Source of the DNA: Desulfatiglandales bacterium
GTDB taxonomy: Bacteria; Desulfobacterota; DSM-4660; Desulfatiglandales; HGW-15
Assembly (NCBI GenBank): GCA_963667015.2
Contig: CAXXJJ010000004.1
Coordinates: forward strand, 3,328,001-3,392,000
DNA: 64,000 nucleotides
Reading direction: 5' to 3'
In this document: positions 41,701-50,462 of the stretch, in pieces
How the letters are laid out: every line of letters begins with the position of its first letter
Numbering within the stretch: the first letter of the stretch is position 1
Translations under genes and position numbers: made by a program
Notes under the pieces: generated by a model
Seen by the model: the letters and a program-made list of their open reading frames with translations, nothing else
Told to the model about the DNA's origin: nothing
Database searches by the model: none

Positions 41701-44438
41701 ACGTCATCACCAGGCCCGCCTGAAAGCTTGTTTGAAACTGAGTTTCCAAAAATAAAGTCATCCCCCTCGCCGCCTATGACGTTGGATACGTTATTAAATG
41801 CCGTTACAATTGGAACGTCTTCATCAGTATCCCAGGCCTGCTGGAACAGAATGGTTTCGAGGTAGGGGATTTTAATGCCAAGGTCTACGAAAACCGGAGT
41901 AGTATAGGCAGACAGATCCATTGTGTTTGAACCGTAATCAATTATGCTGTTACCCAGAAGTTTTTCCAGCCAGTCAGGCTTTCCAATAACTCCGTCAAAA
42001 TGGGCACCATCTTCAAAGACGAACCTGTCATTTCCTCTGCCGTCTATAATTACTTCGATATCATCCGTAGCAAGAAGTTTGTTTGTCCCGTCAGTTACAC
42101 TTACAGTACCGTCGGCATGGAATGTAAAGGTAAGATCCGCAGTAGTAAGGCTGAAGTCGATTACATCAATACCTTCACTGTCTTCGATGGTATCAACTCC
42201 CCAGCCGTCTGCAAACATATAGGTGTCGGGTCCGCCTTCGCCCTTAAGCAGGTCATCACCTGCATTTCCAATGATAATGTTATAGCCGCCGTTTCCGATC
42301 AACACATCATTACCGGGTGTGCCTTCTATATTTTCAAGACCAATCCAGGTAAGGGCGCTCGCAATAACACCTTTATCGTCTGTGAAGGAAACGGTTTCAT
42401 CTTCCGCATCGGAAAAATTAATATGAAGCTGGTCTTTTTTCCCTACAACACGATTTATGTTCAATATGCCGGTTGTTCCTGTTGCAGTCCCATTCTCAAA
42501 ATCTAAAGACACGTCACCGGTGTATCCGGAATAATCCAGTGAGTTGGTATTGCCTTCCCCGCCGTCGATTACACCTGAAAAAGATGCACCATCTTCGAAG
42601 ATAAAGCTGTTGTCACCGCTGCCGCCTTTGAGATTATGTACATTTGTAACCTTATCAACGGTTATAACGCTTGTAAGAAGGGAGAGCAGATCCTCCGGAA
42701 TAACACCGAGGGAAGACCATGTATCAGGAGAACTGGTTATGGAAACAGAACCATCAGATTTAATTGTAAACTCAAGGCTGTCCGAAACCTGTGTAAAACT
42801 AAGGGTATTGCTGCCTCCACCGCAGTTAATGAGTCCAGACCATTTTGCATTACTCTCTATTTTAAAGGTATCAGGTGAAGTGCCTGAACCCTCAAGGTCT
42901 TCAATGCCGCTGAAAATAAACCCTTTTACATTGCCTTCATTATCGCCGTTTATTTTCCACTCGGCCCCACCACCAGGACCCTTTAAGGTGTCATGTCCGC
43001 TTCCGCCAATAATTTTTTCAATATTTCCTGCGGATGTTAATGTATTGGTTCCGTCAGTAACGCTAATGGATCCGTCATTATTAAGGGTAAAGGTCAAGTC
43101 GGCAGTAACTTCAGAAAAATCCAGGGTGTCTGTACCCTCTTCCGATGCCTCGATGACTACATCGGTTCCCCAGCCGTCTTCTAACCTGTATATATCATCT
43201 CCGACTCCGCCGGTTATGGTATCATTCACGCCGTTATTCTGCTGCAGGGTATCATCACCATCCGTACCGATTATATCTTCCAGAAGGTAGTTGTAATCCG
43301 AGAATTCGGATGCCTGGAAAAGCGGAGTTGATTCAATTACACCGCTGGTGTATTCAAGTATCCAGTCACCACCCTGAGACTTATCACCGCTTGCATCTGT
43401 TGATGCGGCAACATCAGCTCCTGTAAACCTGCTCAGTTCCGTAATAAAACCGATTCCCAGTTCACCCCGGGCAACATTACAGCCATAGAGAAGGATATCT
43501 CCGCCTTCAACCATACTGTTCTGCCATGCCCTGAGACTCTGGGAGTATTCTTCCAGCTTGTTCCTGTCTACAATACTGTTTCCGAGGCGCAGCACTCCAG
43601 CAGCTCCATGGGAAACAACATGTATTGAACTCACATCGTCATACTGCGCCAGGACTTCGGTAATCTGTTCAATACCGTCCCTGTCCGAATCAAGTATTAT
43701 AATTTCATATGATGAATCTTCCGAAACATCAGATGAGCCTCTTTTACTTTCTGACGTTGAGAGTTCAGAGGTTATTTCATCGGATGCCTGCAGACCCTCA
43801 ACCTGATCCGATTCTTCACTGCCGTTAAACTGAATTTCGCCTGTATTTGTGGTTTGTTCATCAGCCCTGTCTGAAACATCTTCAAAAATATTTTCAATAA
43901 GCAGTTCATACTCAGGTACGGACTGATCTATGATAACAATATGATGCCCGCTTTCTTCGGACAAAAGATAGGATAACTGAAAGGATATATTTTCTTTTAC
44001 AAGTGTGTTTTCATTATTATCAGTATCAATGGCGGAAGATTCCGAATTTTCAGTTTCAGGCGCATCTGCCTTTATGTCAACATCCTGTATTGCTGCATTA
44101 TCTTTTTCCTGTGAGCTTTCTTCTCCATTATTTCCCGTACTTTCACTGCTGGTATCAACAGTTATTGTTTCAGCAGACGTCTGCTCTGAGTCTGCCTGTT
44201 GTGATGGTCCATCTGTAGTTTCTATTTCTAATGTGTCTATTTTAAAAACAGAAACAGAATCAGGAAGCAGGTTTTCCTGGTTTTGAAGATCCTGGGAAGC
44301 GGTGATGGGATCAGCAGAGAGTAACAAGCGCTTTTCAAGTGTTTCAAAAAGCATCCTGCGCCGTTCCGGCTCTCTTTTAGCAGAAGTTCTTTTTGCCAGG
44401 AACTTCAATCTGTGCGCTATTTTTTTCAGGTGTGACAT
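1..44438 (-). CDS. Giant secreted repetitive protein (LEPR-XLL, DUF4347, RTX and LktA-like beta-helix), at least 14,812 aa; 3' end lies outside the window
   Basis: ATG at 44438 with GAGGT about 10 nt upstream. Hand translation begins [44 protein letters not shown]. The same frame at bases 3-59 reads [19 protein letters not shown] (RTX nonapeptide), and sampled internal points are also in frame. The ORF track lists no minus-strand ORF in this frame, as expected if there is no internal stop. I did not check every codon by hand. Confidence 0.93.
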   Translation of the reverse strand, partial: MSHLKKIAHRLKFLAKRTSAKREPERRRMLFETLEKRLLLSADPITASQDLQNQENLLPDSVSVFKIDTLEIETTDGPSQQADSEQTSAETITVDTSSESTGNNGEESSQEKDNAAIQDVDIKADAPETENSESSAIDTDNNENTLVKENISFQLSYLLSEESGHHIVIIDQSVPEYELLIENIFEDVSDRADEQTTNTGEIQFNGSEESDQVEGLQASDEITSELSTSESKRGSSDVSEDSSYEIIILDSDRDGIEQITEVLAQYDDVSSIHVVSHGAAGVLRLGNSIVDRNKLEEYSQSLRAWQNSMVEGGDILLYGCNVARGELGIGFITELSRFTGADVAASTDASGDKSQGGDWILEYTSGVIESTPLFQASEFSDYNYLLEDIIGTDGDDTLQQNNGVNDTITGGVGDDIYRLEDGWGTDVVIEASEEGTDTLDFSEVTADLTFTLNNDGSISVTDGTNTLTSAGNIEKIIGGSGHDTLKGPGGGAEWKINGDNEGNVKGFIFSGIEDLEGSGTSPDTFKIESNAKWSGLINCGGGSNTLSFTQVSDSLEFTIKSDGSVSITSSPDTWSSLGVIPEDLLSLLTSVITVDKVTNVHNLKGGSGDNSFIFEDGASFSGVIDGGEGNTNSLDYSGYTGDVSLDFENGTATGTTGILNINRVVGKKDQLHINFSDAEDETVSFTDDKGVIASALTWIGLENIEGTPGNDVLIGNGGYNIIIGNAGDDLLKGEGGPDTYMFADGWGVDTIEDSEGIDVIDFSLTTADLTFTFHADGTVSVTDGTNKLLATDDIEVIIDGRGNDRFVFEDGAHFDGVIGKPDWLEKLLGNSIIDYGSNTMDLSAYTTPVFVDLGIKIPYLETILFQQAWDTDEDVPIVTAFNNVSNVIGGEGDDFIFGNSVSNKLSGGPGDDVIYGRGGADVFSGGLGDDVMFGGMNVEDILTIIALLQDPVSIADQFLVSAPELISYIANGGTIQSYLLNKLAGDENVVSYADASGSVEVNLGLDLESGEDALLNLLALSPDAIKDTSDFVPHSEGADGHDYIVGIHNVTGSDYDDILRGNLFDNTIRGGAGDDELYGGLGSDTLVGGTGDDLMDGGGFIDETIVGDRDIASYFDAVSGVRVDLGIDGAQDTRQWIIEREGHDGIGGLVDGQEYEVISVSGDTFKLRSRTGIDIDIVLAPPKGTHTFKASDGSVCFSPSAPNAIDYDTGEIFITGHGFTDGQVITYDSGGNDSIGGLTDGESYKIIKFDDDTIKLKDLTDTVIILALVLPQNVHGFSKEDEMTLFTPSDGGILDYGTNTFTIADHSFSNGDIVRYSAGGEKVFTSEGAGKDTLINMEGLTGSNYDDYLIGTDTGNIIRGESGNDILISGRGIDIMEGGIGSDTISYANSDSGVFVNLWDILPQITGGSDIDTLKEIENVIGSDYDDIIIGDLGNNILDGGYGNDLLSGTQGSDVYKFRDSWGSDTVIDDIEALIDYIDGNVDIVDYVEYGLTKASEWISKAVDTVDILDIINDAEEKSSENIPDTLDFSETSADLTVNIRGFGDLHVAYGANQTNDVSEMEVIRTGGGSDTFIFGDGESFSGKIDGGTVNYTKYPDADPDVNTLDYSAFTSSVVVDLEAPEDGDPGTAQGTKGVYNIHNVIGGSKDDTIKGSDGNNLLSGGGGNDLIEGNGGDDILEGGAGNDTLVGGEGFDMVSYVSYQNDVDSTGITIDLSLADGEQDTVGAGIDIFKSIEGAVGSKYDDTITGDEQDNMLIGGEGDDIIYGMAGDDLLSGDAGDDKVFGGAGNDTIEGGLGDDILNAGAGSDTVSYIYPGAPVTVNLSISGEQDTIGAGKDTLIDFENVIGSKGDDVLTGNDQDNILTGGEGDDTVFGGEGDDILAGEAGNDILYGGDGSDVLSGGAGDDFIDGFEPGGSPDEDDDTDTVSYAEAESGVVIDLSISGSPQDTESAGIDIIQNVEGVIGSDYGDVITGNTDDNILMGQAGDDIIQGGQGDDIISGGDGTDFVSYSLSDTPVFVDLSIKWEQETGDSTGWDEISGVEGIIGSDHNDELRGDEENNILIGGLGEDLLDGGEGDDSASYEYALEGVTADLSGNLPNSGEAEGDTYTSIENLIGSDFEDILSGDSNENIISGGLGNDIIYGSGGDDLLRGGEGDDQLFGGEDDDILVGGEGADAFDGGEGENTASYRDAADKNADGDTTGITIDMNDSSRNTREAVGDTFINIHNIEGSAANDTLIADNAGVKLYGLAGDDELTGGTGNDDLYGGSGDDIIMGGHGDDVLIGGEGADVLFGYIKDGDNETGIDTASYEDATSGVTVDLSTKSGSSDIAEGDTLEGIENLKGSDYNDELIGDENDNLLEGGLGDDVLRGNAGDDILDGGDGGDFASFATALQGVTIDLRLATPQANGEEGSDTLINIENLAGSTRDDMLIGDDNDNIIVGGEGLDIIVGLDGDDILIGEEGADHIEGGDGDDILDGGDQGDTLIGGAGIDTATYAEAKNAVTVSLVDGVLGIGDEAAGDSLSEIENLVGSKYDDTLTGNDLGNQIAGNAGDDTIDGGDGDDFLEGCEGDDIIRGGGQGSEGDTVSYQSDTAGVNVELGGSALDGFGGSDTLEGIENIYGSTHDDILTGDAGNNILWGNEGDDSLNGGEGDDLLNGGLGDDSLTGGPGADTYRFENEWGNDTISEVDDGSVNTLDFSLAGGSVTFVIHSDGTVSAYNSTGSLEKIEHISTIIGSQGDDTFIIEPGSASTPFIDGFGGSDTLDYSGFDTGVVIDLSDPGAIPEGTSGVNSIENITGGTGDDTLTAGNEDAILIGGAGNDHLIGGSGDDLLYGGEGVDILEGGAGNDILDGGKDGDFLYGDLSTSLTEEDTGSDTASYQSFEVDADGEGLTVDLSNPGNSTGDAAGDSFTGIENLTGSVGSDTLIGDENANIIAGMDNNDTLIGMGGDDTLDGGIGWDMVSYEDYSNATGGVYADLSGIRSEHLYDVSGSGLSLLDVANGLADHINLNAGSDYLATVEGSNILKIKNIKEETFSITLVKPANGSMNISAVDDGEISITLDGAAIDGDQWKILLFNGIDAVVTGASGTVSRDSLIDVEDLTGTPYADILIGDLNSNVIKGGGGNDLIKGMSGSDILYGDAGDDTIYGGADSDILIGGTGADKLYGYIEGGDSSDEIGQDTASYEDASGAVSVDLFTGTGTAGEAAGDILDSIENLTGSDFDDTLTGDSGDNVLIGGGGNDLLTGGDGYDTASYVSSSGGVNASLLTGTASDGFGTTDSFDSIESLRGSDHDDILTGDSGNNYLRGGSGDDILDGGAGNDFLEGESGDDILKDISGNDYLDGGFGSDTVSYEGSTADLNVDLTILTEQDTGAGTDLLASIENLTGGSGNDTLTGDSGDNILKGGSGADTLVGGLGADTLAGGAGADKLYGHFIDNSDKADDLDVDTASYEGSSAVNINLETSTYTGGEAEGDSLYNIEGVTGSSYADIITGDGNDNILNGSDGNDIINGGSGDDILIGGAGGDVLNGGSGSDTASYEGSDAGVNINLDTGTYSGGHAQGDSLSEVENIIGSDYADVIIGNEYDNVLSGGGGNDTFHLLDTPGSDIGQDVIDGGEGDDILPDFKSYTIADVLPGGFTLSDVDAITVTDAEYSLKATGDIMFISARSITVEDGVRLQSTTGDIIFKVNAYLDPNIVNDLQKFYTDKVSDAEIIINNNVQLIADTGNVYIETSATTKRSVGYEYYREGLAEGLDALDIASVTGTMTFTAAETGPAADSKSNPNVVTEPPVLTHAKIKWEDASDEDFKSAGFEAGQTILVSGSISNNNLFRIQEVDAENNTLVVTAVDPLENTKTKNSSASDKVTQYGNANITKEENAKYITIQEVETSRLDKNPITTLNNLGEETGELETSSATQNNLLSLASSTILPTITTKLNTLARQFLKGTPLGAQFDITAAPPVQVFESTASARIDIGDVVINAGGDVTIKSTAISESSLKTSPTLFGTPVSVGVTVVTSDAEAFADITGDAVIHAGSEFSLTADVSNTLTEHLTVTSNKLIAVTQTKKPSTNGTDPTKQSNKSNTSLLDKFKFQLAVGVAVASSNSSATVSEGTVIEAGSAKVAANNDNNFDLRVSATTPESQPTVNKLTKAKPKAEYNVTASQAGEEIKVTINPVAAASGSSTAVKPLYKVTLVKPNGTYFTATPTTETGSSGQTWIFKPPAAVSYKVRVELLNATRFFGTGTDANSKEAQFNISIPKMTKSDLGYESIQQSFGSATSVGVSDVSSTSIARIDGDVTITGGDLTVEAKTVTGDKSADKYDPQGNQLETDKNNINVTAQLGSKKILLKTGKDSGDQTTRWWRSFANVGQKPTAVSNPGDKKEAPTKGPNLSGAVAVAISHDQADAIIGDNATIVVNDGNMTVNGYAEENIKVNVNAHVNKPSESVSGAAAVFVGDYNNISNAIIGDNAKVDVSGTLKVTANTVIPNQITLDDDWEEFKKKVNGFVDTGSWIEPFTKFSIELPSGSDSEAGVGEQIIQKIMDGTIVVAAQEKITNFTEAMSTGAQNYHAGITDTFGDRSTGTEGSKNTELKELLTFFPKLLENPNFFQKLSTTFVTASSKAGADKNYTDAQAKKSSETQNTTPNSGVDKSVAFSGSVNVFLVTNEANARIGDNAEINQILLSPGQDVIVKADSFVESINMTGLPSLNIVNLLLGRNTIMPTVTPAKTLTPAEKAALTPEQQRALKRKEARRANSALPIVGLPIGAYYTLTDISQRGQGRTAENDLFERLESQLLFPTKSGGSGLGINFQQTTYSNTATATIGDNARVSSQKNVQVEAVTHNLLIDLTAAGGAAEGLLALTGAGTSTDIINTSTATIGDDSVVYARSNINVDADTDNVLVTYTGTTTKGATVGVGVSVTINNIVNDVEASVGDGVGSEPAVTIADGDISFDSIGLTLTRSDIDGDWNDNFRIGDWVRISNLPDADDDGLFKISNLSSTVLTLSEGPKALSLITDPGVTIQKVGRLQADGAKLTMALEDASFVMDFTHDGVEGTDFITRSSGDWETDGFEAGQRVTVTGTASNDDSYIVESVDGSKLYLVNGNFTDETSATGVSVTRYEESNSMAGGLTLNFVVNPSGSDSIVRSAGEWLNDGFYSGQLIIVTGTSGNDDTYIVDYVDGASLFILDTDLSTENGAGGVSVTGYDRVLSVKDKDLELDFVHDPNGVDSIVRNDGGDWEYDGFMAGQKITVTGSLENNDTFEIKSIKGDTIYLADNVELSNEFSVTGVSIESDAGKINVDSKNSSVIVTTSLSGSPLLLKLEDAPASTSPNTQNSNQKKSFSDKALGGQKLGVQEPGKIAFNGTFSLVDIDNLTKAYIDGGFIVDSGTDINVKATDSTYLVNGSTAFAYAGDIGGAANIAINTVNRDTSSEIGNESTDSTGEVFIESDGDVNVNSKNSGGLLSVAMSGVLQQSLDKKPAQQEKATLGSKHSNQMTDQNKAKENTDKTDKDKFPTWMPEMSLSGNVSYNRIDDETIAALYRANIITADITDIEALNDAWIGSWAGSSSITASYYDNSVKTEDPQPDPPEPEKQVNDKILRPVPTVRLLPNKQVWMSFKGKLAYWNGSTATADEGNPDKKVEGGDTDINLTEFFTRPTSASPTTTTKTFTLAVGDYDAHAVGRKKVWFTVTVEGKTYSGTDAEIENAWITDIQKAIKSAISGKKDVSKTVNESTKKTTTAEDTKKPGNEEAPKNQPVIAGAGSVSVVVNNITGDTKAFIDSSVLAIDDSLKVTADTSQVIVGVATSGSIAYTQNNSGFGVAGSATVNIISGLTESSILDSSVSVLPGGKGISVSASDNNIIGTGAGSLSITASTNDKSKSGDSGTASTGNEKSAGTSGNNTKSQAAVSVSPSAAVSIVTSKVHSYVLDSSLVSDGTIAVDAKSNETVISVASGLSGAGANSTKGSFALAGAGSASINVINAEALAYINESDNTAGRSVESREESVTITAADNSLIISNAGSIGISYAKGSEWGVGVALGAAIAVNTGNKNIRSGISGATVKGKKDVSVTAKSDSYIWALTTGGFGAGAKGTEKFAFALAAGAAGSINAVDSKVESYIENGSNVQTTNGNVSVSAEDNSAITANSLIMGVSGAVGKTSAVAVSLGGTFSVNILDKETRAYISSSYVASGGKVDLDALSGGSIWALTIGGVGAGSRAETNFGGALTVAGAGSVNDIESNVETYIGNGSTVNSGAGQDVSLTANDASTILSNSGILGVAVALGNKAGAASIGASISINSVSGYIKSYIDGSDVTASGGIDLNSESNNDIWAMTLAGVGSGGKGKESYGLAFSGAGAGSLNTIERSISSYIKGDTAGLHTIITGNAGDVVINAKDNSLILGNAGVLSVAVGIGGTTGLGGSIGASVIINVVKNSVTAYMSNVDVLSDGGVELEADSNAAIWALAIAGSLGVGVGNSPGQDGGGSSGTGVGVAISGATTINVINNSTAGYIEKSSVESLNNGNITVEAKDSSSIMADAGGISIAVGSGGNTGFGLSIGGSVAVNVVSNETVAKVTDSDLGTIANPAGDIIIDADSASRIWALTIAGSLSVGYGKNRFGGAVGGSVAGSVNVIHNIIDAHISDSATVKGNGVLTLGASDNTGIIANAIGGSIAVGAGSQGLGVAVGGAFAVNNIANKVSSYINGSTIDIDGDLSITSESDSSIWGLAIGAALSVGASSGGGTGASLSIGISVVDNRIGNVTEAYIKNASEILTGGNDVIVKVVDNAAIQAIAVSASIGAAISTGASGGGSGGGGKGGVGAAVSGGGAIAGNYITSSANSYIDNSILGTILNPVGNIDLDSISSSEILAIVPTLSASLSYGSKAGIGVAIGASVARNIIGSRSEELIIDYTSSDNVNSINTGDLVKVTTDGVWEGEVYEYVGSGIERSDYSADAGIFSPEAGDRVWVDLENSGAAAPGVYQYVYNDSQVSLEGEILDFDHDESDDDYDSIKWADNSWAEKGFAAGQRIDITGAGANTGTYTIESVEGETIYLVEDLNSDATGLTGAVVLATGTWDLQITDYQNAAYWTRLSSLDLGGEDFGDKDAWKRADLTKSGSEIQSYVRNSSIHASGDLTADAVASKSINSTVLAGAVALAGGGKLGLALSGAGVYAENNISSDVRAFINGDGSDGIASNSISLVADDSSTINSIAGAASVAGSVGGKAGVSVSIGLSLAFNTVDNQVEAYIANADDGIATIGDVSLYAGSNADNALDFDPDDYGFTFDDLDNASSREVDNPDDPNSDTDDPDDPSDDAVNEETQDTLTDNTILAKLRTALEEHGINLTSGDSVSNEALYTTLYGNQSLVEGDTVKLSGDYANGGVAGSIYRYLGYQDYDSAASSGVSVSSGTIVKDIDTGAFYVFSGSSEEAAAITDMTAVDFGNDEKWNYFDSEDDYFDYQSNNTNVTVKARTIVKDIDSDRYYEFFGTMAEGSAITDLSNIDFKSDEKWQLFNTDLSTEDYSSTGTWEIVSSLGNAKFTTADGNTTLENGDTVKLSFDYSEGGQAGGIYRFHGYQDYFSNQSSSLNIVAGTIVKDIATGYYYEFTGSDVQGDSITDLRTVDFSTDPLWQSYSVNSINLSTEDYSNSARWQLVSGGLKISKLSGDKGWTLIDGSGTTYVLKKNGNSITISESTINSVSAAASLGVGIGLSEGVGVAVSGAGAFSQNVILSDTSTFIRNSSILNSDNVNLSSKSNQSINSAVVAASAAVGGGGSAGVGVSIGAAISRNLIGYQGDYTRESSEVRSYIENSSINATGDLSQTAVADQTINAAVIAGSAAIGAGKLGVAVSGSGVFSENWIGVDVQTSIDGDGNTGISAENILLSATDTSTISVIAAAASLAASFASNVGVAVSIGVSLAHNTISSSVESFIDNSDAINAIGKIDILSTESSRIHAVSAAAALSVAIAQTGVAVSGAGAEAINVILTKTNAYIKDSYILDSSGISITASNDAEIKAVIATASLALAGGSTGVGVSIGVSFAGNIIGWEEILDTEYEYTTGDNPSGLKNGDRVKIESGIKAGNIYEYIGEDVDFYDYTSSDGVRLLEKGSLVKLESGYGEDDPDDNIKGSGTTIYRYLGGDGDFVNLSAQDYTNNDLWESVGSSRLTMQDYGNEDLWRQVNLGEAPIDVQAFILDSGIRADGSVTVKSNSEQSIDAIVVSGAVAASGGSTGFSVSGAGVGAVNLISAKVMSYIDGDGSGENSGIQAGSISLAADDNSTINAITGAATLAAGFGGTGVAISVGLAVAHNGISNEVSSFITRADDSISADTGSVSVEAAEKSSISSVTAAASLSVAIGGTGVAISGAGASATNSILTKTNAYIEESIITTSDPAGNVIISAEDKSSIDAIVAAVAASVGGGGTGVGVAIGASHASNMIGYDLLLGTIPIKDPAQVRAYVDNSTITAAGDIDITAAAEESINSIIAAGAVAIGAGGVGVGVGGSGVAGINMVSTDINAFIDNASDVTGISVDLKAEDISSIMAYGGAAAITGGFGGTGVAVSIGAAIAHNMIDNNVSSYIKESRVESTGTDVTAYALEKSLINSASAAAALGVAIGGVGVSVSGAGAEASNVVLTKTNAYAEGSSIVSAGETSIKAEALSGAPGFNDLVMANEAEANDFAAKLDDASSVDVDNEDTVADEKETDSAADSTFIAELSDLLEDNLIINSGDLAVTLRSEGEQWSVTDRDTGYSYTITRDGNNFTVSMSTISAAVISASAAIAGGGVGVGVSMGISYATNLIGWEIASDTAFDYTTTDEPAVLETGKTVKIEDGVKEDYVYEYIGPTATIYDYTTNDGAKSLNNGDLVKVNAGYDENKGTETGIYKFTGDDNTYLNLGSEDFRNSDRWESIGSAKLAMQDYNNTDFWKQINRVESPAQVQAYMLDSSVNAGGLISLNSFSDQSIDALVVAGSAAATGGGVAVGVAGAGAGALNAINTDVKAFIEGDTAIGSGEIAGIKGSSLSISAEDASRISAVTGAVSLGAAFGGVGVAVSIGTAGAVNEINNDIAAFIYNADDGIVTTDGSGAVSITATESANINSLTAAASLALTVGGVGVSVSGAGAGATNIILTNTSAYIQDSDVYSEGDVLIEAKDVSSINAVVLASTAAIAGGVVGVGVSIGASFAVNIIGSELVDSGAISYVSNSEVTALGSFAQKAVAEETIKSAVMAMSVAIAPGGVGVGVSGTGVQAVNLIFGDVKSTIEAGSTITAGSIDIIAEDTSKIVAFAGSASAGAALGGVGVAVSIGLAFAHNMIENEVTAYILDSSVISTTGNISVEAIERSQVNSLSAAASTAITVAGVAVSVSGAGAEATNVILTKTNAYIEDSTVDSNSDLVLSAESLSAIPDGKTFTVADGNDFASRMDDANSTDDDNSHTPANERNSDIADDNVLIVELSALLAAEGIGNSGDLSVTIRSEGSQWSVIDRKTGDFYNIERNGNDFNVKSPTIASGVVSLSAAAAGGGVGVGVSIGLSFARNLIGWELGIDTPYDYSTTASRNQIVNGDRVKIESGVREGDVYEYIGSENQLPDEGETYVDLRNQDYGNTELWKQVNLVENPAETRAYIVDSDIDADNTVQLTSLSEQSMDAVVASGSAAASVGAIGVSVSGAGAVAINTTHADVKSFIEQIDGVTTVDSGSVDLSAIDKSEISAVTGAASLAAALGPGYGAAGISIGVSIAHNEISNRISSFINNSAVTTTDSSGFVRIHASEEATINALTSAASLAASIGLLTGTSVSGAGAIATNIILTETNAYITGSTVFSAGGVILEASDTSAINAIVGAASAAVTGGAIGYGSSIGSAVARNLIGYDLFDNKTPAQVQTYIDDSTVTAAGGLTQEAETDETIGAIVLSKSAAVSAGLAAVSVSGSGVVAINKISTDVQSFIQDSAIDASSLELLADDSSTITSEAGAASIAASFGGIGVAISLGLAVSENKIENKVKAFVESSTVETDNGDMKVEAREKTNIASRSSAASSSISGSLFSVAVSGGGAIASNSINTTTSGYVNNSVLTLNGNLDVIASDESKMDARTGSAIKAAGLISVASGGSKATGTVASETTAFVNDSDLVAHDINISAITDPKVDVTVYGVNAGTLSVGASSTYVTISPTVKAYLGLGTNSRAVTADNLSITAKQLLLPGDYTGDVKTTGSSGGLIGVIGTKSQIENSSNVLAYIGEDIPVISNTYGDLDVNVTGDIKVYANQDSKQMASAKGKADGLIAEGFNQAYATSNTVTQAYLGRNLNISGGSLDIQAIGTDENYASVQAGSGGLIAGAASTAKTTNNSATGIIIGTDSGSSIDVDNSFKALAQHTSKFSVDSDSKTSAVVGSSGSSITNVVNSNVNVSFGLGVNINAGEIDVDANNVINKTSNGYDVTAGAGGLAGGPAAGSVTTINNGTKISIADGADIEVDGDRFNPGLMTFNSKNVINATDKVKLDSGGAIALAKAKSVILNKNNTNEIIIGDADITSIGDIILSAHSEADVKAQASAKTYGVAGAAQGESLASVHADNNVTVGTNASIDSLGSITLEAGVGNDFSIKANTDLWNKTALPIKTDPQAHGEIVQTNNVSIEEGAYVGASSDVIISAENGNYYANGSGEGTDLYREVLAAIANFFGSIFGADPVSLKIEKDSYRESASAGVQIDGTVRSGRNNIQELIISDTDEQYTPVMLADQGSGMPTLDFETNGVSDDTITRSNGSWLDDGFEDDQYIGIHGSNGNDGVYRIKSVTDTTVTLVETLAADHNADTADVFAVESSIGSDPIVLSGAPALTFSRLNSTITLDSGNWEDDGFQEGQYINVNGTTSNDGTYRILSVDGSSIKITGPKLTNEADIQADVFAQALKANENPANMTLNPVLDYISKQAVITRDDGGSWVDDGFLADKTISINGTDYTVFEVTADELVLLETYDIASGSESGETVTSTIGQTTADMAFVAEQEAANSEIEWTGGDWSGQGFEVGDVIRISGADEADNNTGIGFTIAAIDNSVIELTSGAGIVDDSISSSDITIEKDVSIQNGVLLSFTAEVRDGDDNITANAYISRDSGSWVTDGFVAGQEVTIDGAGANDGIYTIKSVTASDLVLEDNSVLSDGTTDSNGSTFTIGVTISDNVRFTAELFHENAKIINLSGNWSTDYSDAHSITISGADESANNGTYDILSVSGDTITVDGPLSTDSNDGGAQTVAVVTASATTDITYSINNAVIERDDDGSWIVDGFSVGQSIVINGSDLNDGEYIIESVSKTALELREDFDMTLDVTNTNRVTTIQTPAAQVVEITYGKEVFFDRGGSGGQDKIELTDNSDWSDMGFASGQYIRITGSASGNDGFYKIELATGDTLVLATGYDTFTADETYTASQDQNIISIATESIDQATTLTSGTEVALTVSDNRITRTTGDWEAEGFQANQYIVIRGSSENNDGTYRILSIDGMALVLDGSDRIDSDEISTGLEIYATTIKPGSIDDLIYVTDGVDMPTAVQDDLAEAIRQEIEGLEQDLANYGAKDGGKAAVGIQAQIDQLKYQADELGLLDENGSVVGNMLVTYIEVPYIEAKSGNIVITGDSLSGTGTLDAPGDTRITIENHSPYYLRIKDGLNILAEGGSITFNDARIYDNADIQKRNSSGQLAQFNSIYTSKNSADPLIEVRNTYNPPPTGVLSTAPAPNIEIIGATIMNSEGTIRIANKEGSIFIKDDTSGSTTVKSNIQAKTVEISAGKDIIIATDTQHVGGSPESVWSDLAQTNEDSRKFNDNGTAYNNEANWTDSDTAHRAQDGSIIAGNNIFITARLLNINGPIISGDADHTLTIEDTSAVEGGGTLADNIASMRSEASISDRSGWIVLTDSDIEVYYNYETDRLIVDNVSVSGGLIKVTGHIMATDTDGELKVMDGFGNISIDNRSSWGIDVQSIKTGEDEELILTGSQWRVTGTDMIATGDDWITLKNNGSDGSDTITRQNGSWIQDGFHEGQTIRISGSGEGNDGEYTIEIVKDKILTLVSGDSITTEFSDSGSFEVTGSWITISDTGADDTISRSSGSWIDDGFYVGQSIQILNSANGNNGVYVVQTVGDLDLVLAGGDLTAETSTSSSLEIAGNWITFADNDDADTITRNAGSWIEEGYRDGQTITISNSGSNDGEYSVIHVTEKTLELALTAVLTDEINTSKDLEIHGIGNGIEGKVIITDTAYDLDSDPDIYKPLITTYTRIGEEVQITTNDDANVLTGVSSVVDGNTASYQPVSGQRYYWVTGYSETSKLTERWESSSFWGITYAQTQSRSYYNYVDPVPVELEPESNFIDTESDGNTDTGYAYEFQTIGDPVVYTRDWVTTSGWWIFSTKTYHLEKITKVGRINYDYNSVKADYPIAIEFMGYETGSVNITSTSDINLAGIINNLSGSTTITSTNGSINQKEDLALIRSENITLSAVNGTIGNVNSAIRTDLSGGVLAAEANGLVAINEIESKLTIDYAASTAGDVIISSEGGIYAADPDTLIQGDNISLTSITGGIGTSSLNMRIDTNNDSNYDDDSEYDAITAEAYGDIYLNEISGDLRVDSIESLGGDVNITIGSGDLIDVNTIERRDVRTESELANLWDEMNLLTDNGSETQDAYRDLKTNEYHTYWGYRTGGSRRFNTESEVNSSSNVIAFGYDHNFTTGDALLYREIDGQGVSGLADNHTYYVIVVDNTSIMLADSAENATAGQALDLDAAIAEGKASLTHMLAYDPDFRVTISGDERDAYKTELAWDDDRVDLEEEKRTQEFHELHDRYRVLGDTYNPDWEYDTGNSGYDPIFDPSGDVDNDNDTINIGTNLYVTGTGVAYSANGGDAIGYWVDGEYNSLEEGTVYYIIKSDSDPSSVQLAETEEDAANGIYLDLDAGSATGTGHSLSDVNALAIGSSWTEEQLKYSLGSGWLKETTDTETRIEASNIVGNNIILNVSGSLGDYLPEETIIISSGDMSNGGTLIDLSDEDKATLAAAEKEDLISIKSDTETINFGTLHNLESGASVVFGSGGNMGVGGIQGITDGVTYYARVVDEFTIKLFDTEEHATGEDDTGLINITRSEARITHREDIDIQSGGEITEITIYTSDGDMEADGTAIDLTEEETIVINSADPEDVTIIDSAENTIRFGSEHDLSTGAPVNFGDFGTFTISDISGLTDGELYYARVMDEFTIQLFDSEESANGDDDTGLINITRSEIKILQHNDIGAGVDVRAGSDIFLGSEFDVNIISVQAGLDGSASGDIRLKTKGGIYDSPLSEDTDFIGDNLILESGRKGIGTEDDPITMNLSPDSKLTARANQGIFLYEVDGDMYVDTVYSPERIDLRADGSILDAFDGDYLNIRTDILNLFAGVDIGSSGTGSINYIDINLYQDGLLNAYAGRNIYLYETDGDMSVGEIISSTGNVELVAMASIIDREDEIQADITGNNITLEAIYGAIGISGNDLDINSAFSGDGYLTTSSALNTYLTETDGDLGINQASTGFEYTAFIGSGASILNARLDDEDNIVSGAAWLFADQDVGADGKAIRTAIGNLEGRSVHGSIWLINQGHLIVGGVTEAEGIGAADEIELTSNSPMNIDENIEAVNNITLTSADNSDNDNMVVEAGVSITSTSGSIAMRSGDNLIINENAVIQAAGTVELSVDYGNNDTEGGILEIIGLVTGTSVQVYGNSDDDIIPLTYTVSPTSIEAGAGDDIVYLGSNATPGSNINGNVQNILEFIDIDGGAGSDSLYLDITGDIDGITGTVTENSITGFNMGADGWIQYIRIENLNLGLGSGDDVLNIQGTPVGNITNLNTGAGDDVINISSDSPTNSGDLDAINGTVNLDAGAGSNILNVSDAGSAVADTNVTITDSSISGLATADINYAATSGSFEGGINIIFGTGSDIITVESVRSETLTTLNGNAGDDTITLEETVIDGRLEIHGDTGADEVDASAVPEGAELVIIGEAGADTLTGGQGNDVIFGDEAVITRDADYTITRIESNASGVGGNDVITGNEGDDIVVGGFGSDSITTGTGIDIVIGDNGSIEITSGIVTAIESTDADDSTTGDDTIDAGAGDNYVIAGGGSDSVTTEGGDDYVIGDHGTMTFTDVGVLTQIVTKLDNYGSDDALNLGDGNNIAIGGQGSDTIITGTGYDALLGDSGVINRDESGVITGIESSSPGEGGNDTITSGDGINYIVAGTGDDTVTSGTGDDIVIGDNGIIEITSGIVTAIESTDADDSTTGDDTIDAGSGDNYVIAGGGSDSVTSEGGDDYVTGDHGTMTFTDVGVLTQIATMLDIYGSDDTLNLGNGNNIAIGGQGSDTIITDTGNDAILGDSGAINRDETGVITGIESTDADDSTIGNDTINAGSGDNYVIAGGGSDSVTTEGGDDYVIGDHGTMTFTDVGVLTQIATMLDNYGSDDTLSLGDGNNIAIGGQGVDTIITGTGNDTLLGDSGVIDRDETGDIIGIESSSPEEGGNDTITSGDGINYIVAGTGDDTVTSGTGDDIVIGDNGSIEITSGIVTFIESTDADDSTTGDDTIDAGSGDNYVIAGGGSDSVTSEGGDDYVIGDHGTMTFTDVGVLTQIATMLDNYGSDDTLNLGDGNNIAIGGQGRDSLTTGGNDDIILGDSGFTVFDTGGLLTNVATKSPASGGDDIIVSGDGDDIIFGGTGSDYIDIDPATDAPVGAGEGNDLIGGDNGYASLDVGGGQSVLTVFESTDPEFGGDDNIYSGSGNDIITGGTGSDKITSGSGNDTVLGDNGVITLVDGNISDMTPADSVAYASGDDQIETGDGNDIVIAGIGSDTIDSGNGDDIVIGDLARILLEEGLPAQIISIQTQLGGQDEIFGGDGFDILSG
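731..2450. repeat. Near-identical coding tandem repeats with periods 525, 354 and 525 bp
   Basis: The anchor ccgcctat(g/t)gcaatatt occurs at 736, 1261, 1615 and 2140. The antisense shadow ORFs starting MITYH at 852, 1377 and 2256 fit the same spacing. Confidence 0.92.
3500..4900 (-). repeat. Filamentous-haemagglutinin-like beta-helix repeats of the giant protein
   Basis: Repeated units such as [33 protein letters not shown] and [32 protein letters not shown]. Confidence 0.55.
12640..32580 (-). repeat. G/A/V/S-rich beta-helix-type repeats resembling leukotoxin LktA-family filamentous adhesins, with inserted modules
   Basis: Recurring units such as [14 protein letters not shown]....V.AYI..S.V.A.G.V.V.A.....I.A...A.A. 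The family assignment is from recalled similarity, not from a search. Confidence 0.7.
33600..43290 (-). repeat. N-terminal block of haemolysin-type (RTX) Ca-binding repeat modules, about 3,200 aa
   Basis: Many GGxGxDxLx nonapeptides alternate with DTASY..A..GV.VDL...G.A.GDTL..IENL.GS...D.L.G modules, for example at 33700-35000 and 36550-38300. Boundaries are approximate. Confidence 0.9.
43332..43945 (-). other. DUF4347 domain of the giant protein
   Basis: [11 protein letters not shown]...[16 protein letters not shown]...[15 protein letters not shown]...[50 protein letters not shown] matches the DUF4347 pattern. Confidence 0.88.
44310..44348 (-). other. LEPR-XLL N-terminal motif of the giant protein
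   Basis: [13 protein letters not shown] at aa 31-43, preceded by a basic stretch (RRRML). This matches the LEPRxLLSAD motif at the N-terminus of large secreted proteins. Confidence 0.9.
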
Positions 44439-44500
44439 TTCAAGGATTACCTCTTTAACAGTCTTTTATTAAATATAATCCGTTATTTTTTGAGAAGTTG

Positions 44501-46042
44501 CTACTCCAGCCAGTTATTGACTACACTGATATCTTCCGGCTTCAACAGCCCGACAGCTTTTTTAAGCCTGAGACTGTAAATAATATATTCATACTGTGAT
44601 TTTGCATATTCCTGCTTGGTCTGATACAGATCCCGTTCAGCATCAGTTACTGCCAGACTCGGAAATAAGCCTGATTTAAAACCTTCTTTTTTCGCATCAA
44701 GTGCAATCTGGTTGGAAATCATCGCCTGTTTTAAGGCCTTGATATTTTCGATTGAGCTTTTTATACCAAGGAAAGCTGCCTTGGATTCTCTGATTACAGT
44801 TCGGTTTTCCTTTTCAAGCTCCTCCCGGGCAACCTTAGCAAGCAGCCTGGCTTCACGTACTTTTGACGACGTGGACATTCCGTTAAACAGAGGGATTTTC
44901 AACTCCACTAATCCTTCCCATTTCTCAATATCACTTCCCCCGCCATAAAGAGAACCTCCCTGGTCATCCTGGTTCCACCTTCCTACGAGTGAAAGCGTCG
45001 GCAAGTGCTCCGAACGCAGTCTGTCGACTTCTTTTCTTGCAACATCAAGATCTTTTTCTTTAACAAGAATATTTATATTCTGAGTTTTTGCTGCAGATAC
45101 CCATTCGTCAATATTATCAGGAAGAGGGGTAATTAGAGGTATTACGTCTCCGGCATATTTATCGGTTTTTCGGGGAATAAGGCTGTTGAAGCGATTTCCC
45201 TGAGGTGGGCCTGCAATCTGACCCTGTTCCGATCCAGACAGATAGACAGTATCAGCACCTCCATCTGTCAGGTTATAATAGGCATCTGTTTTAATCTCGG
45301 GAGATTTTATACCCTTTAAAAAATCAATCCTCCCGCCTGTCAATTCAACCAGGCCCTCAAGAGCATCCTCAAGGCTGTGTTCGGCTTTTACCCGTTTTGT
45401 AGTTATGCCCGCCAGCCTGGCCTTTGCGTCATGATAATCTGTAATAGGAGCCAGGCCATTATCATACCGCTCCTTTGCAAGTGTAAAATGCTGGCTGACC
45501 GCATCTTCTTCAGATTTACTGAATTTTAAAATATCCCTGGACTCAAGAACCTTTAAGTATGCTTCTGTAACCCTCAAGATCAAATCCTGTCCGGCGGAAT
45601 CAAACTCAAGGTCAGCACGCTTTACTTCCTCTTTTGCCTGTTCAAGACCAACCACTGAGGAGAATTTAAATAAAGGCTGACGCAGCACGAGATCAAAACC
45701 CTTGCTCGGATAACGTGCGATACTGTCCCCGTATATTTCAACTTCATTATCAACGATTTCATGTTTGGAATACTGATAGTATGCCTCCAGATCAACATTC
45801 GGCAGAAATTCGGAAAATGCCTGTTTATATATTTCGGGGGATGCCTCATGTGTGTATATTGCTTTTTTAAAAGTTGCATCATTTTCAAGGGCAAGTTGAT
45901 ATGTCTCAAGCAGGTCAACTGCATATAATGGCTGTGCTAACAGGAAAAGCAAAAGGCAGGTGGAAAAGATAAAAAGACATTCTCCTTTCAGGCGGTTTTC
46001 AGCATAAATTAGAAAATTTGGTATAGGTATACTGGAATACAT
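44501..46042 (-). CDS. tolC: TolC-family outer-membrane protein (type I secretion/efflux channel)
   Basis: Signal peptide ending AQPLYA, then DLLETYQLALEND...LPNVDL, LRQPLF, LILRVTEAYL, HLPTLSL, LKIPLFNG and the C-terminal YEYIIYSLRLKKAVG. ATG 46042 has an AGGGGG RBS and is preferred over the track start at 46072. Confidence 0.9.
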   Translation of the reverse strand: MYSSIPIPNFLIYAENRLKGECLFIFSTCLLLFLLAQPLYAVDLLETYQLALENDATFKKAIYTHEASPEIYKQAFSEFLPNVDLEAYYQYSKHEIVDNEVEIYGDSIARYPSKGFDLVLRQPLFKFSSVVGLEQAKEEVKRADLEFDSAGQDLILRVTEAYLKVLESRDILKFSKSEEDAVSQHFTLAKERYDNGLAPITDYHDAKARLAGITTKRVKAEHSLEDALEGLVELTGGRIDFLKGIKSPEIKTDAYYNLTDGGADTVYLSGSEQGQIAGPPQGNRFNSLIPRKTDKYAGDVIPLITPLPDNIDEWVSAAKTQNINILVKEKDLDVARKEVDRLRSEHLPTLSLVGRWNQDDQGGSLYGGGSDIEKWEGLVELKIPLFNGMSTSSKVREARLLAKVAREELEKENRTVIRESKAAFLGIKSSIENIKALKQAMISNQIALDAKKEGFKSGLFPSLAVTDAERDLYQTKQEYAKSQYEYIIYSLRLKKAVGLLKPEDISVVNNWLE

Positions 46043-46404
46043 TATTGGCCCCCTAAGGATGAGATACAACATTTAAAAATTTTATTAGATTGTAAGGAAA
46101 AATCCCGGATTGGCGCATATTCTTTACTTAAATCCCATCAGGAGAGGATTTAACAAGAATAAAAAAATTAAACCGGGAAAATCATACCTGACAAAGAAAG
46201 GATGAAAAGAATAGTTAATAACCGCATTACCGCATCACCGCTGATTCCATTCTATTTGCGATTTTAATCTTTATAAATAATTTTCAGCAAAAATAAAAGG
46301 TTTTTTTCTTGTTATTTTGAGACGTTAAAAACGAGTATATATGTACTCTAAACTTTTATACACATTATTTATCCGAAAGTTAAAATAGATGGATTAGAAA
46401 GATT

Positions 46405-47403
46405 CTACCCCCCTATGCTAGACATCTGCCTTGTACAGCTTCTGTGCCCCTGAATGTTAAGGTTGTGTCTTTCGGGTTTTTCCTTAATCGCCTTTTCAAT
46501 AAGCCCAAGAACAGCTTCATCACTTTCACCGTTTCTTAATAAAGGCAGGACATCAATCTCGCTCTCCGAAAAAAGGCAGCTCCTCAAATGTCCGTCAGAA
46601 GTGAGTCTGAGACGATTACACACTGCACAAAAATGGTTGCTCAGGGCACCGATCAGACCTATTTCGCCCTTTGCACCTTCGATTTTATATCGCTGGGCAG
46701 GTCCGTCCAGGTTGTTTCTTCTTTGTATCGTGACAAGAGGCCCCACATTTTGAAGGCGGTCATATATCTCGAGTATTGATAAAAATTTTTCGGAATTCCA
46801 GTTATTGCTCCCGCCTATGGGCATATGCTCGATGAAACGGACATGATATGGCTTTTCAAGGGTAAGCCTGCCGAAGTCTTCGATCTCATCATCGTTTACC
46901 CCTTTTATTGCCACAACATTTATCTTGATAGGCGCAAACCCCAGCCTTTCAGCCTCCTGAATACCTTCCCACACCTGTTCAAATAAATCCCTGCCGGTGA
47001 TTTTTTTAAATTTTTCCGGTTTCAATGAGTCAAGGCTTATATTGAGGCGGTGAACCCCGCATTCCTTTATCTCTGCCGCATAATGCTTTAGAAGAACACC
47101 ATTAGTAGTTATAGTAATTTCCTCAAGCCCTTCTATCTCTCTCATCCTTTTTAAAAATCCGGTAAAGCCCTTGCGTACAAGCGGTTCCCCCCCTGTAATC
47201 CTTACCTTTTGTATGCCCCTGTATATTGAAAGTCTTACAATTCGAAGAATCTCTTCATAGCTGAGGACTTTTTCGTGAGGTAAAAAATCAATGCCCTCTT
47301 CCGGCATGCAGTACATGCATCTGAGGTTGCATCGATCGGTTATTGAAAGCCTGAGGTAGCTAATCTTGCGGTTATTTTTATCAACCATTGCGATCTTATT
47401 CAT
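46405..47403 (-). CDS. moaA: GTP 3',8-cyclase (molybdenum cofactor biosynthesis radical SAM enzyme)
   Basis: YLRLSITDRCNLRCMYCMP, RITGGEP, FCAVCNRLRLTSDG..RSCL and C-terminal MSSIGG. Confidence 0.97.
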   Translation of the reverse strand: MNKIAMVDKNNRKISYLRLSITDRCNLRCMYCMPEEGIDFLPHEKVLSYEEILRIVRLSIYRGIQKVRITGGEPLVRKGFTGFLKRMREIEGLEEITITTNGVLLKHYAAEIKECGVHRLNISLDSLKPEKFKKITGRDLFEQVWEGIQEAERLGFAPIKINVVAIKGVNDDEIEDFGRLTLEKPYHVRFIEHMPIGGSNNWNSEKFLSILEIYDRLQNVGPLVTIQRRNNLDGPAQRYKIEGAKGEIGLIGALSNHFCAVCNRLRLTSDGHLRSCLFSESEIDVLPLLRNGESDEAVLGLIEKAIKEKPERHNLNIQGHRSCTRQMSSIGG

Positions 47404-47462
47404 TTAATATCTTACACCTGCCTTACAGTAACAATCTTAAAACCTATAAAATAAGTTTTTTA

Positions 47463-48503
47463 CTAAAACAAGGCCCTCTGTCTCTCATCAGAGGCAGGGG
47501 TCATCACCTGGTCGTCCTCCAGGGGCTTTAATCTTTCCTTCAGAAGATAGCGTTCAAACATTCGGTTAAAATCCGTCCAGGCGCCTTCGCTTTTATCCCT
47601 TGACATAAACCTGCCTATCCCGTTCATCTTTGCATCCAGGTCATCTATAAGGTGAAGTACAAATGCCTCAAGAAATTTAGGCCTTTTAGGTGACCCGAAA
47701 TCATATTCGCCATGATGACTCAGTATCATATGCTTAAGACAAAGGGCTGTTTCCGGGGGAAACTTTTTTAAGCCTGCAAGCTTTTCCTCGAGCATTGATA
47801 CTCCAAGTACAAGATGCCCCAGGAGGCGCCCTTCATCGGAATAATCTATTGTCCTGCCATAGGAGAATTCTCTTATCTTACCGATGTCATGAAGAAAGGC
47901 GCCTGTAACAAGGAGATCCCCATCCAGTTCGGGGTACTGCTCATGAACATGAAGGGCCAGCCGGCATACCGAAAGGGTGTGCTCAAGCAGGCCGCCGATA
48001 TACCCATGATGAAAATTCTTGGCAGCCGGGGTTTCCCTGAATTTTTCACTGAATTTATGGTCTGACAGAAAGGAGTTTACAAGGTCCCGCAGGCTGGCAT
48101 TTTTAATGCGCCTTACAATCCCCTTAAGCTCCTTCATCATTTCCACAATATCAAAGGGTGAGGTTTCAAGAAAAAGGGTTAAGTTTTCTTCCTTTGACAG
48201 GGCAAGGCCGGATAATGTCAACTGGACCTGATTCCTGTATGAACCTGCCTTTCCCCATATCTCAATTACGTCACCTTCCCTGAAAAGGGCGCCCAGTTCT
48301 TCGGCCCTTTCCCAGACCCTGGTTTCGATATCCCCGGTCCTGTCCGACAGGGTCAGACTTAAAAACGGCGCCCCGTTTTTTGTCTGCCCCACCCTTTTGA
48401 CCTTGACCAGGTAAAGATCGTTAACAGAGTCATCCTCTTTAATATCCTTTACCCATAAATGGTTTTTAGGTTCGGAAGATTCGGGTTTTTCCCCATTAGT
48501 CAT
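47463..48503 (-). CDS. yhaM: OB-fold/HD-domain 3'-5' exoribonuclease, YhaM/Cbf1 family
   Basis: N-terminal OB fold (LTLSDRTGDIETRVW), then PAAKNFHHGYIGGLLEHT, LHDIGK, HMILSHHG.YDFGSP and DDLDAKM. ATG 48503 overlaps the end of fba by 8 nt. Confidence 0.88.
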   Translation of the reverse strand: MTNGEKPESSEPKNHLWVKDIKEDDSVNDLYLVKVKRVGQTKNGAPFLSLTLSDRTGDIETRVWERAEELGALFREGDVIEIWGKAGSYRNQVQLTLSGLALSKEENLTLFLETSPFDIVEMMKELKGIVRRIKNASLRDLVNSFLSDHKFSEKFRETPAAKNFHHGYIGGLLEHTLSVCRLALHVHEQYPELDGDLLVTGAFLHDIGKIREFSYGRTIDYSDEGRLLGHLVLGVSMLEEKLAGLKKFPPETALCLKHMILSHHGEYDFGSPKRPKFLEAFVLHLIDDLDAKMNGIGRFMSRDKSEGAWTDFNRMFERYLLKERLKPLEDDQVMTPASDERQRALF

Positions 48504-49779
48504 CAAAATCGCCTTCCGGTCCTTTATCTGAATCCAGTCCTGCAGCGCGTTCCTTTATCTTTTCGGCTGTCCACTCTTCCGGATCATCTATTCTCTGTGC
48601 CTTGGGGCCAAGATTATATGAACCTGCATCAAGTATCGCCTTTACAGCCAGCGGCGCCGTGTCCTTTGCATTAAATACATTAACCAGAAGATCATAGACA
48701 AAATCCTCTACACCCTTTGCCATCCTGTCTCTGAACTCCTTTGACTGGCCCAGTATCTTGTTCTCAAAGGGGAGATTTAGTTTTTTATAGTCTCCGGCCT
48801 TTAATTCCTTTGACTTGGCATATGCAACCATTTCCGCCCACAGTGTATCTGACATACCGTCCGATGAGACCTTTACAAACTCCTTGTTTTCATCAAGGAA
48901 GGCATTACCATATTCATTAACCTGAACACCCCATGAGATCATCTGAAGTGCTGTAGCAACATTTGCCTTTGTGGTCGCTGTTTCTGCGGCTATGCTTCTG
49001 AGCCTGTCCGAATTATTCCCGGAGGTCCCGTGCTGTGCACCGGATATATTGTAAGGCGCCAGGGCCTTGTGGATCTCAGCGGTGAGCGGAACCTGTATTC
49101 CCTGGTCACTCGCCTCTATACCGTGGGTTGTGCCGTTGTTAAGGGCAATCCAGTCAGGTGAAATGCCATTGGCATTCAGGCCCTGGATAAGAAACATTGC
49201 CTCGGCAACGGTTGAAAGACCTTCCTTTCCCTTTATCTCGCCCACCTCTGTTTCATAGCCTGCCCATTCCGGGATATAGGGATTAAGGGCAAGATTGGCC
49301 ATAAGATTCCGGTCATCAGGCAGGTGTGAGGCATCAACAGCAATAGAGGTAATACCGGCATCGAACATGCTCGGTATTTCTGTCTTTGCAGCCTCAATAT
49401 CCTTGTCGGATTTTATTCCGTAATGGTCTGCATGGATTGCCACTGGAACGGTAATGCCAAGTTCATTACATACATCATCGGCCAGCCTGGCAAGGTTCCA
49501 GAAATTAACCGCACAATATGCACCGGCTCCGCCCTCTGATTTTGCAATCTCAAGAATAATCGCAGCATTTGCCTTCTGAGCTGCCATCAGGGCACCCCTT
49601 ACAACCGCCTGGTTTCTTCCATTGGCGGCTATTGTCATTGCCTTTCCCTTTGCCCTTAAGGCCCTGTCAATGACCTTTCCACTTACAATAAGCGCCTTTG
49701 AGTTGGGAAAGAGTGTCTTTATGTTTGGCGGTCTGCCTATTTCCAGAGCCTTTTCAAAATCTTTGTTCTGATCAGCCAT
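48496..49779 (-). CDS. fba: Class II fructose-bisphosphate aldolase (long form)
   Basis: IHADHY, IAVDASH, ETEVGEI, NGTTHG, AQHGTSG and KANVATALQ motifs. GGAGGAG RBS upstream. Confidence 0.92.
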   Translation of the reverse strand: MADQNKDFEKALEIGRPPNIKTLFPNSKALIVSGKVIDRALRAKGKAMTIAANGRNQAVVRGALMAAQKANAAIILEIAKSEGGAGAYCAVNFWNLARLADDVCNELGITVPVAIHADHYGIKSDKDIEAAKTEIPSMFDAGITSIAVDASHLPDDRNLMANLALNPYIPEWAGYETEVGEIKGKEGLSTVAEAMFLIQGLNANGISPDWIALNNGTTHGIEASDQGIQVPLTAEIHKALAPYNISGAQHGTSGNNSDRLRSIAAETATTKANVATALQMISWGVQVNEYGNAFLDENKEFVKVSSDGMSDTLWAEMVAYAKSKELKAGDYKKLNLPFENKILGQSKEFRDRMAKGVEDFVYDLLVNVFNAKDTAPLAVKAILDAGSYNLGPKAQRIDDPEEWTAEKIKERAAGLDSDKGPEGDFDD

Positions 49780-50336
49780 CTTCTCCTCCGAGATAAATTG
49801 AACTGGTAATTTTAATAAAAGCCTGATTAATAAATATATTCAAATAAACCTGGAATATTATTAAAAAGATTCATTTAAACACCAATAATTGCAGTGTGTC
49901 AAGGAACATAAGCTCCCGGGAAATTGTTTTTATTTCCTGCACATATAGCCAAGCAAATGAAATCGAAGAAAGGTTAATAAAGGCGGAACTTATAAATTTT
50001 CATACATTAGATAAATCGATTAAAAGTAAACCTCGTAAACTCCTATCCTGACAAAAACTTTTTTCGTGAAAATTCTTATCATGGATTAAACAGGGCCTAT
50101 CTTCGAAAAGAAGTGTGTCAAAAATTATCTATGCCCTGGAAATCCTTAAGTCAAAATTTCCGGAATATTCTCTGATGGTTATGGATGCCGTTCGACCGAG
50201 AAGTGTATCAAAATCCATGCACAATAAAATGAATTGAACCAATTTTGAAAGATTTGTGACAAATCCTGAATGTTTAACATAATCAAACAAAATCTTCTTT
50301 CCGATCTGATAATAAAACAACTCCGCTCAAACATCA

Positions 50337-50352
50337 TGGCATGAAAATTGAA
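50337..50352 (+). promoter_or_regulatory. Possible sigma-54 promoter upstream of the S8 peptidase
   Basis: TGGCATGAAAATTGAA has GG-N10-GA, so the -12 C is replaced by A. An imperfect palindrome GTGTAT-N8-ATGCAC lies at 50203-50222. Confidence 0.4.
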
Positions 50353-50462
50353 TCTTATAACTCTGTTTGCCTTCTGAAAATAGTAATATTTTTTCAGATG
50401 TAACCAGATGAGGAATAATGACGATTTTTCCCTAACAGGTTTAATAAAGGATACCTGGGACA

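Noticed and set aside
852..44286. Numerous plus-strand ORFs of 60-320 aa in the track (e.g. 32065-33027, 15022-15768, 42544-43290) and short out-of-frame minus ORFs
   Set aside because: They are antisense or alternate-frame shadows of the giant minus-strand gene, with S/P/I-rich composition and no recognisable motifs.
46081..46400. c-di-GMP riboswitch upstream of tolC and the giant gene
   Set aside because: I could not find the class I consensus elements by eye on the coding strand. An Rfam scan would settle it.
46405..47403. Radical SAM enzyme as a possible maturase for the Nif11-like peptide
   Set aside because: It has all MoaA hallmarks including the C-terminal GG, lies 15 kb away, and sits in a housekeeping cluster.
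49873..49902. Sigma-70 promoter for fba (TTGACA on the minus strand)
   Set aside because: The -35 is perfect, but the -10 candidates are weak in AT-rich DNA, so it was not listed as a feature.
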